The translations under genes and the position numbers were made by a program. The notes beneath the pieces were generated by a model, which saw only the letters and a program-made list of their open reading frames with translations, had not been told where the DNA came from and ran no database searches. Of a DNA stretch of 64,000 nucleotides, positions 13,111 through 24,012 are shown in pieces; the first letter of the stretch is position 1, and every line of letters begins with the position of its first letter. Origin of the DNA: Camelus dromedarius (taxonomy: Eukaryota); NCBI RefSeq assembly GCF_036321535.1, contig NC_087437.1, positions 115,508,001-115,572,000 on the forward strand, in the 5' to 3' direction.

Positions 13111-13655
13111 GGCATATCTTTGCATAATCTTTACCTCTTTATTGGTTTCCATATTGTAAAGCTGTCTGTAATGACCATATGTTCCTTTTAGTTTTTTGGT
13201 TTTGGACCTCAACAGTAGAGAAGTGAGCATTAACTTCTGAGTTCATACAGCATACAATAGTTGTTAGCTTAAATAAGGGCCCTCTCTTGTTTTAATCTAT
13301 TTTGTTTCTTTTTAATCTGGTTAATATATATGAATTACTTTTAAGTTAGAACAAACAATAAAGCTTGTACAGGGAACAATCAAGAACCTTCACTCGGAAG
13401 TCTGTGAGAAGAGAAGGGGTGTCAGACTCTGGCCTCTCCAATGTTCAGGCATGAGCTGTAAATTGCACACCTTGCCACCTGGTGTAAGGGGCAAAACAGG
13501 ATTATTGGTTGGTGTGTTCACTTTTGGAATGTTTGGGTTATAACTCCCAGTGGGGCTCCAGGTACTGAACCTTTGGGCTCAGTATAGTGCACCACCAAGA
13601 GCGATCACAAACAGATATGGAACCAAGTGAAAAACCTGGCATCCTGGCTTGGATC

Positions 13656-14020
13656 TGTGCATTAATCTGCCAGGGCTGCCATTACAAGTACCACGTACCA
13701 GGTGGCTTTGACAACAGAAATGTATTGTCTCACAGTTTTGCAGGCTACAAGTCCAAAATGGAGTTGTTGGCAAGGTTGGGTCCTTCGAAGGCTGTGAGAG
13801 AGTCTGTTCCAAGCCTCTCTCCCAGTTTCTGGAAGCCTCAGGTGTTCCTTGACTTGTAGATGGTGTTTTCCCTGTGTCTTCACGTCATCTTCGTGTGTGT
13901 GTGTGTGTGTGTGTGTGTTCCAAATTTCCCCTTTTTTAAGGACCCCAGTCATGTTGGATTAGGGCTCACTCCAATGACCTCATCTTGATGACCTCTGTAC
14001 AAACCCAGCCTCCAAATAAT
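13656..14020 (-). mobile_element. MaLR LTR (MLT1A/B-like)
   Basis: cagggctgccattacaagtaccac...caacagaaatgtattgtctcacagtt...aaggaccccagtcatgttggattagggctcactccaatgacctcatctt. Confidence 0.8.
13893..13918. repeat. (GT)13 microsatellite
   Basis: Perfect dinucleotide run inside the MLT1 LTR. Confidence 0.95.
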
Positions 14021-14029
14021 CTTGGATCA

Positions 14030-14195
14030 TTTTGGTGTGGCAGAAAGAACATAAGCTTTCCAATTACACATGAATTTAAATCTTGGCTTCACCACTTCCT
14101 GGTGGTGTGGCTTTGGGAAAGTTTATTTAATTACTCAGAACCTGTTTTCTCACTGGTATAATGGGGATGTAATGTCACTGAGGATTGCTGGAGGC
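14030..14195 (+). mobile_element. MIR SINE
   Basis: Core motif aaatcttggcttcaccacttcctggtggtgtggctttgggaaagtttatttaa...tgttttctcactggtataatgggg. Confidence 0.7.
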
Positions 14196-16468
14196 TGTTA
14201 CTATCTGTGATTTGGGGGGGGTCTCTGCTTTTAGAGATTAACTTCTACGAATAGATACATTTGTAGGACATCTGTCAGTGGATCTGATGGGGAGATTCTT
14301 AGATGACAGCAAGGATTCAGTTACTGAACTTGGTCAAGACCAAACTGGCGTCTGTACCAGAGTCCTTTCTGCCTACATGTGTTCACTTGTTTGGGGCCAG
14401 CATAATTTACAGGTTACTTTTTAGGTGAAGCCTATGTAAAACCATTTTACAGCACTCCAGCCCAGACATGTGAGTTTATTGATCAATGTTGTGTAAGGCT
14501 GTCACATTGGGGGTGGGGGAGGGTAGTGGAGAAAAGGTGAAGCCTTCTAGGTACGAAGCAATGCCTTCAATTACAGCGTGACTCTAAGTTCCAGATTCTG
14601 CCTCACCCACATCATCTTCTAGACTGACTTGACCAAAAGACAAGGTCACATTTCTTGAGACACTGCCATATTCTTTTCAGATTACCTAGAAGATTAATTA
14701 GGAAAGCTTCTTTCATTACTAGCAATAAAAAATGGACTCAAATTTAGTGTTAAAGGTTGCAAATGTGTAAGTGTTCCTTCTGATAGACGTGGAACTGTGC
14801 TGGAAGGGGCAGGGAGCAAGAGAATCAGGCAGGTGGAAGGAATTGGTTGTATCGGTGAAAGTATGAGCTGGGGAGGAATCAAGGTAGGGACATTCTCTCT
14901 CCCCAGTGGGGACATTCTCTGCCACATCCTTCAAAACAATGAAGTTGAATGTAGACTTTAATTACATTAGCAGGGCAATTTTGAAAAACTCAGCCATCCA
15001 AAAAAACTTTTGATAGTTATGGTAACTTCTGATACCACGAGAATCAGTCTAAAGTAAGCTATTTGCCTTCTTTATCTTAGGTTTAGTCAGCTTTCTTTCA
15101 TGGCCTGTGCTAATTGGAATGGTTGCCTTAGTATATCAAGGTTCTGGTAACTGTAGGAGGCAAACATTTGTTGGAAAAACTCAAGTGTTTTTCCTTGAGT
15201 CATATAGGATAGAGATCAGTATTTATTACCAGGTTGTTTTTCTTTACACCTGTAAGATTGTATCTGCCTGTGAACATTTAAAGCTTAAGAAAAAAATTGA
15301 TGTGAACACTATCACAAGATGGCAAAATCAAGTGTAGAAATCAATCAATAAATTAGTGATGGTGTAAAATAATATCTATAGTATCCTTTTTAGCACAACA
15401 TTGGATGCCATTTTACTAGGATTGGTACAAAACACAATTTTTAGCCAGCGGCTGTCTACAAATTACAAAGTAGCCAGCATAGCATGGCTATGGGCATACC
15501 TGAATTTTAATGCCTGAGGAGCACACCTAGCGATATTTAGCCAGGCAGAAGGGATAGAAAGAATAAGGATAAACGAAAGCCAGAATATGAATGAACAATT
15601 GTGGGCGAATTAGGAATCTGCAAACTGAGATGGTGCATGAAAAGGAAAATCGGGGAGTTGGACGACTAGGATACAGTCATAGCTTAAAAGGATTAATTCT
15701 AGGAGTATTCCGGTGCAGAAGGAAGGCTGTGCCCAGAAAGGTGGGGAGGGGTTGGAAATCGGTGGGGAAGCCTGTGAGAGCGTGCACAGCCTAAAAAAGT
15801 TTTTATGATGGCTCCGTCCATAATTTCTGAACGCTGGCATTGGTTGCTGCAAAAACCGAATGACATGATTTGATCAAGGTGTCAGCTGCAGGGGCATCCC
15901 AGATTCGGGAGAAGCGTCCGGAATTCCTGAGATGTCTGAAACACGGAGGCGGCCTCTTCCTCACCCCCAGCCGCGGCCTCCGTGGGCATTTTCCAGCGAG
16001 GGAGGCACGCGAGCCCTTGGAAAAACAGCTTAAACGCGCGGACGTGCGCACCCGGACCGCCTCCCCGCGGCCGGCGGGCCGCCCGGGGATGAAGGTGAGA
16101 GCCCCCAGCCCGGGCGCGCGCGGGTGGGCTGCCCAGGTCCCCGCGCGGCCGCAGAGACCGGTCCCCTCCCCCCGCCACGGGCGGGGCTGCGGGCGCACGA
16201 CGCGGAAGCGCGGGGCTCCGGGGACGGCGGCGCGGAGGCCGCGCGCGCTCTCCGGGCCGCAGTCGGCGCGGGCGCGGGCGCGGGGCGGGGCGCGGCCAGG
16301 AGGCCGGAGAGGTGGCGGGCGCTCGCGCACAGGCCCGGCCGCCGCCTCGCCCCCCTTCCTCTTCCCCTTCCCTCCCTCGGCCGGCCGTCCCCCTCCTCTC
16401 CCCTCCCCCGAGCGAATCACGCGCCCTCCTCTGACACTCATAGCGAGCCCGAGCTCCGAATTTATCCT

Positions 16469-16477
16469 TCACGTGAC
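16469..16477. promoter_or_regulatory. E-box (USF/MiT-TFE type) TCACGTGAC
   Basis: Palindromic TCACGTGA; reads GTCACGTGA on the minus strand. Confidence 0.55.
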
Positions 16478-16542
16478 CTGAGTGGGTTGGGTGGTTGGTT
16501 GGGGACGGAGGGGGAGAGGGAAAGGAGGGAACGGAATCTGCC

Positions 16543-16556
16543 GTTGCCCGAGTAAC
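16543..16556. promoter_or_regulatory. RFX X-box GTTGCCCGAGTAAC
   Basis: Fits the GTNRCC-N2-RGYAAC consensus. Confidence 0.6.
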
Positions 16557-16596
16557 AGGCCCCGCCCGCCGGCTTGGGGCCGGGGGGCGGGAGGAG

Positions 16597-16613
16597 GACG
16601 TCAGCACGTCAGC
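16597..16613. promoter_or_regulatory. Tandem CRE/ATF sites GACGTCAGCACGTCAGC
   Basis: Two ACGTCA cores; direct repeat ACGTCAGC x2. Confidence 0.65.
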
Positions 16614-16637
16614 CGGGGTTTTGCGTTTTGATTGACA

Positions 16638-16651
16638 GTTGCTATAGCGAC
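16638..16651. promoter_or_regulatory. RFX X-box GTTGCTATAGCGAC
   Basis: Near-perfect 14-bp palindrome, one mismatch from GTTGCTATAGCAAC. Confidence 0.7.
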
Positions 16652-16664
16652 CGGGTCGGTCCGT

Positions 16665-16674
16665 CGCCATTTTG
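16665..16674. promoter_or_regulatory. YY1 motif CGCCATTTTG (repeated at 17144-17153; GCCATTTT at 17632-17639)
   Basis: Matches the YY1 consensus CAAAATGGCG on the minus strand. Confidence 0.65.
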
Positions 16675-16860
16675 TTGGTTGGTTTTTTTTTAAACCCTTT
16701 CGCTTCCCGCCCGAATAATAATAAAAAGCCCCATTGGAGTGAGGCGGGGGTGGCGGCGGCAAGAGCGGCGGGGGGATCCGGGGAGACTGCTGCCGTCGCT
16801 GCTGCTGATCGCGGCCCAGGTCGGGCTCAGGGAGCGGACACCCCGAGCGGGGGGTGCGGG

Positions 16861-16929
16861 CGCCGCCGCCGCCGCCGCTTCTGCTGCTGCTGTTCCTGCT
16901 GCTGCTGTTGGTGCCGCTGCCGCCGCCGG
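16861..16929. repeat. Compound trinucleotide tract (CGC)6-TT-(CTG)4-TTC-(CTG)4-...(CCG)3
   Basis: Read directly from the sequence. Confidence 0.9.
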
Positions 16930-16945
16930 CGAGCGGGCGGGACCG

Positions 16946-17040
16946 GTGTGAGTGTGAGAGTGTGTGTGTGAGTGAGCGTGTGCGAGGGCGAGTGTGCGTG
17001 CGTGTGTGTGTGAGTGTGTGTGAGTGTCTGTCTGTCTGTG
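16946..17040. repeat. Imperfect GT/GA-rich simple repeat
   Basis: gtgtgagtgtgagagtgtgtgtgtgagtgagcgtgtgc...gtctgtctgtctgtg. Confidence 0.9.
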
Positions 17041-17139
17041 CGGGGACTCGGGGGCGGGCGGTTCGGGCTCTCCTGGCGGAGGAGCCGCCGCCGCCACCGC
17101 CGTTCGGGCCCCGGCGCTTCTCGCTGCGCAGGTTTGGAG

Positions 17140-17521
17140 CGCGCGCCATTTTGTGAGATTTACAAAATCCTCCTCGGGAAGAAGCCGCCGGGAGCGGCCG
17201 CGACTCGGCGCCCGGCCTCGCCGCCGCCGCCCTCCGCGCCGGGCCGGGCCGCGCGGCCCCGCCGCCGGGAGTCGGGGTCCGGGGACTGCGGTATTTGCCG
17301 GGGAGGGGGCTGTCTCCTCCCCGGCCCCGGGCGCCGCTGGAACCTCGAGCCAGAGAGAGACTGAGAAAGCTGCGGCTCAGCCGCCGAGCCGGGAGCGCCG
17401 GGGGCGGAGAGAGGCGGCCGGGGCGGCGCTGGCTGCGGAGGCCGCGGCGGGAGCGCAGCGGCGGGAGCCGGAGACTGAGACTCACCGGAGGGAGCGGCGT
17501 GAGCGCCCCGCCATCGTCCCG
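17140..17521 (+). other. DYRK1A: Non-coding first exon (5'UTR), probably of DYRK1A; start approximate
   Basis: Strong donor CCG|GTGAGT at 17521/17522 and no + strand ATG. The 3' end GAGACTCACCGGAGGGAGCGGCGTGAGCGCCCCGCCATCGTCCCG resembles my recollection of the DYRK1A 5'UTR; a ~50 kb first intron would fit. Not verified by search. Confidence 0.55.
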
Positions 17522-18489
17522 GTGAGTGTCCGGCCCGGCCGCGGCCCCGCCCGGCCCGGCCTGGCGCCCGGCTCCCCCCGCGGCCTGCAGCCGGGCCCGC
17601 GCCGAGGCCAGCCGGGCGGAGGGAGGGACCTGCCATTTTAGGAGGAGGCGCCGCGGCCCGGGGCCGGCCGCCGGGGGAGGGAGCCCGACAGGCCGGGTCC
17701 CGGAGGAGAGGCGGGTGCGAGCGGTGGGAAAGTTGCGGAGGGTGGGAGCAGGGGCCGCGGCCTCCCGGGAGCCGGGGCCTGGGGGCCGGAGAAAGCGCCA
17801 GACCTTCACTGGTCGCCCGAGCGAAGGGGAGGAGGTTGTCTTCCTCCTCCTCCTCCTCTTCCTCCTCATCCTCTTCCCCCAGCTCCTCCCTCGTCCCTCC
17901 TCTCGGTCCCCACCAGTGTGGGAACCGCCGGGGTTCTCCGCAAGGACAATGTACGGGTTAAGAAAATGGGGCTGGCTGCTGGGCGAGGCGCTGGGGAAGG
18001 TCGGGGGCCCGGTCCCCGCGCGGCCCTCTGGGGTGTGTGCTGGAGCGAGGGCGCTCGGCGTGCTCCGAAGTTGTGCAGTGAGTGCGAGTGAGCCCGGCCA
18101 CTCGAGATGGAGTGATGACCTGTTTAGCAGCTGGAGGAGGTGGTGGCTGAGGATGCGTAAATTATAATAGATACCTGGGTATTGCAACAAAACTTCACAA
18201 GTCTATTAATAGGCACAAACCCACTCTTCGCTTAGATACGCCCAAGCTGCTGAATAGCTTAACACTTAGCGAAAGGGCCCCTCCCAGGTCTGAAATAGTT
18301 AAAAATGGCAGAAATGGTGAGCGAGTGACTATTTCTCTGTGCCTTTCGTCCAACCCTAGATTATACGAATCTTGTTATCTAGGTGCAGGGCTTGAATGCC
18401 ACCCCCCCTTAATTCTTGAATTCCGCCCAGATTGTCAGAAAACACACCTTATAACGTTGTTTTCACACTGATTTAATGATTAAGACGGA

Positions 18490-18662
18490 GACTGCCGGGC
18501 ACTCGTCCTCAGGGTTTTACGTGTATTAATTTGCTTATCCTCCCGGTGGGAACTGTTACCCATTTCACAGATGAGGAAACTGAGCGGTGACTCATCCAAG
18601 GTCATACAACTGGGACTCTGGGAGACAGGAATCTGTAACCAGCGTGGGCTCTTAATCACTAA
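18490..18662 (-). mobile_element. MIR SINE
   Basis: cccatttcacagatgaggaaactgag...ccaaggtcatacaact. Confidence 0.8.
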
Positions 18663-21600
18663 GTCATAACTCATTATTATAAATACTGGCAAATTTTGGG
18701 GCGATTTGTGTGTCATGACTCAGGATTCTAACCTAGAGGTTGCGTCCATGTATAGAGTTTTGTATGGAATTAACTTGTGGTTTGCGGAAGTGGAAAGGAA
18801 AGGTTGAGGTGAGGCTCCCGTAATGAAACTAACTGGTCAGCCTCCCCCCCCCCCCCGCCAAGAAAACTATGTAGACAATTTTTGAATGGGAGGAATTAAA
18901 AAATACTCCTTAGTGCGTTTTGTTCTTCACACTTAATTTTAATTATAGGCATCATTTAAGTACTGATGAGTCATAGGAAGTTTTGTGTAAAGTTATTTTT
19001 AGTTATTTTTTATCTTTGAACACTTAGATTTCTTCTGTAATCCCTTACACTTTACGTATACAAAGTGCCTAAGAATGGGTATATTTAATACTTTGATTTG
19101 GGAGCATTTTAATAATTTAGTGGAGTTACCTTTAGTTCTTGTTTTGTAAAATTTTCCTATCTTGACTAGTTACTTTACCAGAATATTATTTTCAGGTAGA
19201 CCATAAATGTGAGACTAGAACTAAAATTTCATGTGCTAAGATTTTAAACTGAAGAAGATAGCTTCAAAGAAACAGCAGTTAAGAAAAGTTTACTTGGTTA
19301 TATTAAGATTTTTCATATACATGTGACTTACACTTAAAGTACCCCAGTGCTTTTGGAGGATTTACCTTGGAATAGCAGTGGTGTTTATGGTAGCTGTCCA
19401 AATTCATTTAGACTTAAAACCTTGCCAGAAAGTTAAGGACTCCTTAACTAAGTTACTTTGTGAGTACAAAGAGTTCCTAAGAGACATAAGCTCAGAAATT
19501 ATTCTAGAAGGAAGGGTCACCCCTGTGTCTGTAAGATGAAGGCACACTCCTTTAAAATCTAAAAAAGATTTTGGATTTGAATAGACACGCGCGAGTGTAT
19601 GGTCGTTATTGGTATGGGGGGGGATATGGACTAAGTGGCCTGGCTGAGATCTTTGTTGTTGTTAGGAATGTGGAATTTAGGTTTAAGATCGTTTCTTAAA
19701 TTTCTTTTAAAGACTTTTTGGTGGGGCTTATAGGAAACTTTAACAAACATACAGAATTACTGTGTCCTGGGGATTCAAAAATGAGTTAGTCCAGTCTTTT
19801 AAGGGCACTAACATAAAATAAGTGAAAATATTCCATTGTAATGCAGTGTTTTGTTTGGAAACGTAGATAGTTAAAAAAAACCAAAACCCTGGGATACAAT
19901 TTTTTCCCCCTCTAGGTGCTGTCTTCTGTCTGCCCCTTAGTTTTATTTATGTAGAGTTTTTGTGTTTAGGACTTAAAACGTGGGAGTGGGGAGTGGTAGG
20001 TGCAACAACTGGTATTTAAAGAATTTACATAGGTTTTCACAGTGCTATAAATTCTGCAAAGCAAAATTGAAGATAACTTGCTATATATGATTAGAATGAC
20101 CTTTGACATACATTTTGTTTTGAAACTACACAAAGAAAGAAAATGCTAAGTTGTATTGCATCTTGGGTACTACTTGAAAACAAAAACAAAAACAACAACA
20201 AAAGAAAGAAATAACTTAGAAATTCAGATCGCCCAGGGATGTTTTCACATGCTTGTTCATGGTTGGCGACTATCTAGTCATGGGAAGAAAATTTGGATAG
20301 AAGTAACTTTATTATGAGTGAGAAGTGAACTAATTGCTTTATACATGATCTTAAAAATAAGCTGAATAGAAGAGGGGGCATTATATGTGACTTTTTTGGT
20401 ATTTGTGATAAGGTGTGAGTCACATTTACTTTGCTTTAGCATTAGCTTTTCTCTTACTTCAAAGAACTTTCACTTTTTCTACACCCCACCCACATCCACA
20501 CCCCCAGCAGTTTCTCTTTTATCCCCTGAGAAAAAAAGTTCAACCATCTGAACCCAGTAAAACCACCAAATTATAAAGAACTTGACTCTTCTCTCCCAAA
20601 ATTTTATGAGTCTTTGAACTTTGTTGTGTTCCTTATCAGTAATTTAAACTGTGAGCTAAGAATTCCTACTTTCTGTTGAGCTTTTTGGTGGTTTTACCCT
20701 CCAGACACTTGTGCATATTTTCTATTTAGAAGTAAAGATATTATTTGAAACTATCAAACATGGTCAACTGAAACTTTATGTTAACACTTTGCCCTGTAAA
20801 GTGAAATGTGTGACTTTATACTTTTATATGAGCACCTTACGTATACGTAGTGGCTTTTGCCTTTTAAAGACTTTTTAGCATATATTATTTAGACCATTGG
20901 GCAATGTTTTGATGGCTAGAGAAATTACGGTAATTCATAACCCGAGGCTTGTACAATTTTGGGTTAAAATTTTGGGGAGGTTAAAATTTGTGTTTAATTA
21001 CTTGGAAAAAATCATCAAATTATTTTAAATAATAAAATTTCTCCTCAGTTGCCCCTAAATAAAGAAATCATTTGAAATCTTGCCTTATGTCAGTGCTATA
21101 CTGTTAAGCTACAGCTGTAAAGTTTGCCATTGGTTACGTGAAAGGGAAATGTTGATTTCATTTGACTGAAGTGATTCAAAGTTCACATCAGGTAATTAGA
21201 GACAAGTCTTGTTTCCTAACCTGTTGGCTACAGGCAGCCTTAGTTTCATCTTTTGGTATATGAAAACAAACTGATTTAGAAAAACTGCATTGTGTAAACC
21301 AGCCAAATGACTTTAAAAAGTTGTGTTTTTGCTTTGAAATCATACTTCCAGAGTTGTATAATGAGTTAGAATTCTTTATTGATGAGAAGGCAACTTACAG
21401 TTCATTTAAGATCTAAAATGATGTGGTTTCTTGTGGGCATACTTTTGGCTAATTCAGAACCATACTGGCTTCTTAGCAGTTGATTCTTCTCCCAGAGCTG
21501 TGTACCCTGTCTTCTAGAAGGTGATTTTTAAGTTTGTAATACTGTTAAAGTTTTGTTAAAGTATATAACTTTTTTTTTTGTTTGAGCAACATATGCCCAT

Positions 21601-22009
21601 ATCTAATATGCGGTACATAATAGCTTCAAATATATCATTACTCTTGATGAATTGTTGTATTTCCCTATAACTGAATTGCTTGTTTAAATCGATTTTGTGG
21701 AGGGGGCTTAGTGAACTGGTTTAACATGGAATGAAACTGGTTTCAGCATCATTTCTATTTTAAATAACGTCCCTGTTCATGAAATAATCCCCTAATTTTT
21801 CTAAGTAGATAATAAAATTTCAACTGACAAGAGTTTTTTTTTTTTTTTTTAAGTTTTATAAATATTTGTGGTTAAGGTTGGCATCTTGGCACATGCATTT
21901 GGGTACAAAGATGCCTGGATTGTGACATCTATGCAAAATCTGCTTAACATCTACTTACAGATAGCAGTTGAGGGAGTCTTATACTTGGAGAGAGGACTGG
22001 CCTGTGAGA

Positions 22010-22720
22010 TAGTGCCAGGCAGAACACCAGAGTCAGGCAGGAGTCTCAACAGGTCCTGCTACTCACTGGCAGTGTGAACTTTAGGCACAGTGATTTTGCT
22101 AAGAATCAGTTACTTCATCTGTAAAGTGGATTTGAAGCCAATTACCATAGGGTTCTTGTGAAGACCGAGATAACACATACAGATTTCTTAGTAGCCTTCT
22201 CCCTTCTTTCCTCTTCGTTGATACTCATCCTTATGGTCTCAGAATAAATGCTTCTTCTTCATACAGGCCTTCCCCCAAGCCCCAGTCTAAGATTCCTTGG
22301 CAATGCATTCTTGCAGAACTCTTGCTTTTTTTCACAGCCCTTATTGCAAATAGCTGTAGTTGTTCATATGTATTCATACATTACACATATTCATCTACTG
22401 TATGTCCCTCTCCATTAAATTGTAAGGTCCATCTGGACGGGAATACTTCTGTAAATCCAATGCCAAGCACATAGGAGTAGATGAGTGTCTATGTACCGGG
22501 AATGATGGAATGAGGAACCTGTGTCCCCAGTCTTGCCTGAGCACCACTCCTTAGTTGTGCGTTGTTGGGCAGGGTAGCTTCTCTGAACTTTAGTGTCCTG
22601 TATGCCAAATGTGCCTAGTACCAGCTGCCCTGCCCGGGGTTTTGAGAATGCAAAATGAGATACTGTAACGAGGTGCTTTATAAAAGTGTAAAATGCCATT
22701 TAAATGTAAGTTGGTACAGT
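22010..22720 (+). mobile_element. Cluster of MIR (~22010-22185), L2 3' end (~22210-22510) and MIR (~22520-22720)
   Basis: cagttacttcatctgtaaagtgg; aaattgtaaggtccatctgg...aatgccaagcacatagg; cttctctgaactttagtgtcc...aaatgagatactgta. Confidence 0.6.
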
Positions 22721-22834
22721 AGCAATAATTTCAGTAGTGGGGCTACCCAAGAATTTATAATAGAGTTTCAGCTTTACTGAGTTGATTAAGTAGCTCTTAT
22801 GTAATATTTCTGAATAATTTATACTTTATATACA

Positions 22835-23215
22835 CATTAGTTAGAACACAAGATTGGGCCTATGTTCTGACTAAATACAGTGGCTTAAACACGAAGTTTG
22901 TTTCTCATACGTAGTCTAAGGCTAATGTGGTGACTCCAAGCTAGAGGAGACCTTGGTTCCTTCTGTCCTATTTTCCTGTACTTAAGGAGATACCACTTGC
23001 TATATATTCAAGACAGCTCCTCACCACACTTACAGTCCAGGAACAGGTTGTGGGGAGAGAACATCCTCTCTTTAAAGACAAACCTGGAAGTTGAGTATGT
23101 GACTTGTTCACGCCTGTTGGCCAGACTTAGTCAGGTGGTCACATGTAGCTGCAGAGGAGGCTGGGATATGTGGTCTTTGGTAGGGTGGCTGTTTGGCTGA
23201 AAATCTGTTTCTACT
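22835..23215 (-). mobile_element. Old MaLR LTR (MLT1J-like)
   Basis: acagtggcttaaacac...gttggccagacttagtcaggtggtcacatgtagctgcagaggaggctgggatatgtggtctt. Confidence 0.65.
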
Positions 23216-23852
23216 GAAGGAGAGTCGAGGATTATAGAAACATTGCTTGTCACACTTTCAGGTGCTTTGAAAGAAATCTACGGAAATGAACTTTGAAAAG
23301 ACAACTCACTGCACTAATAAGTTTACATTCCATATTTGCTCACTAATCTTGAACTGTGGTGTGCAAGTTGAAATAGACCATCAGTACTCAGTATATGTGA
23401 TATATACATAAATATGAAATATATATATAAAAGAAATACAAGAAAACATGTAACTAGACTTCTAACAGTAAGGGAATTTTGGGTCTAATAGCACATTATT
23501 TTACTGATGGTACTTTCTGATACAAACGTGATTCTCAATTGCTGTAACTATACTATCTGTAAACAGTGTTTGGAATCTAAGCTTTTAGTTTTAGTCGTCA
23601 CCTCTACCGCATTGTATGTATTTGTGCCCTTATCCTCAGCAAACAATACTAGACTAACACTTGCATCTTGTCAGGTTTTCAGTAAATGTTTGAATCATTG
23701 AAGTTGCAAGGAGGATGATAGCAGTGATATTTAAGCATATTTTTACTATCCAGTGTCTTACTCTTTATTTCTGTGGGCTTGAGAAAAGAAGGAGGTCTAG
23801 GATTCCTTTGATCTAGAGTATAATTAGGTTGAGTAGAGAGACCTGAGGAGCT

Positions 23853-24012
23853 AATGGTTCTCAAACAGTCTTTGGGGGAACTTGTCAAACTTGTGGGATT
23901 CCCAAGCGCAGATACTTCTCTCTCTCTAGGTTTAGGGGTAATGCTCTGGAATCTGCTTTCTTAATTAGGACTGCAGGTAATCCTGATGCAGTAGAAACGT
24001 TGGGAAACATTG
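23853..24012. mobile_element. MER5A-like hAT-Charlie MITE
   Basis: aatggttctcaaac...ggaatctgctttcttaa...caggtaatcctgatgca...ttgggaaacattg. Confidence 0.7.

Larger units (their letters stand above)
16650..16947 (+). other. DYRK1A: Candidate upstream alternative non-coding first exon (start approximate)
   Basis: Immediately downstream of the CRE/X-box cluster, contains no ATG, ends at GGT|GTGAGT (16948). Gene identity from recollection only. Confidence 0.4.
15900..18150. promoter_or_regulatory. CpG island promoter
   Basis: ~2.2 kb very GC-rich with undepleted CpG and many GC boxes (GGGGCGGGG/GGGCGG), in sharp contrast to the AT-rich, CpG-poor flanks. Confidence 0.97.

Noticed and set aside
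16854..17156. ORF with a signal-peptide-like poly-Leu (MRAPPPPPLLLLLFLLLLL)
   Set aside because: Starts at GTG, and the Pro/Leu runs are just the CCG/CTG repeat; the rest translates the GT repeat
17838..17910. (CCT)n polypyrimidine tract ending in CAG, a possible acceptor or triplex site
   Set aside because: Short, imperfect and common in CpG islands; no further support
16601..18190. 529-aa minus-strand ORF and the other long overlapping ORFs (143-262 aa) at 15800-18200
   Set aside because: Low-complexity Arg/Pro/Gly/Ala translations open in several frames at once; this reflects stop-codon scarcity in a CpG island, and no domain is recognisable
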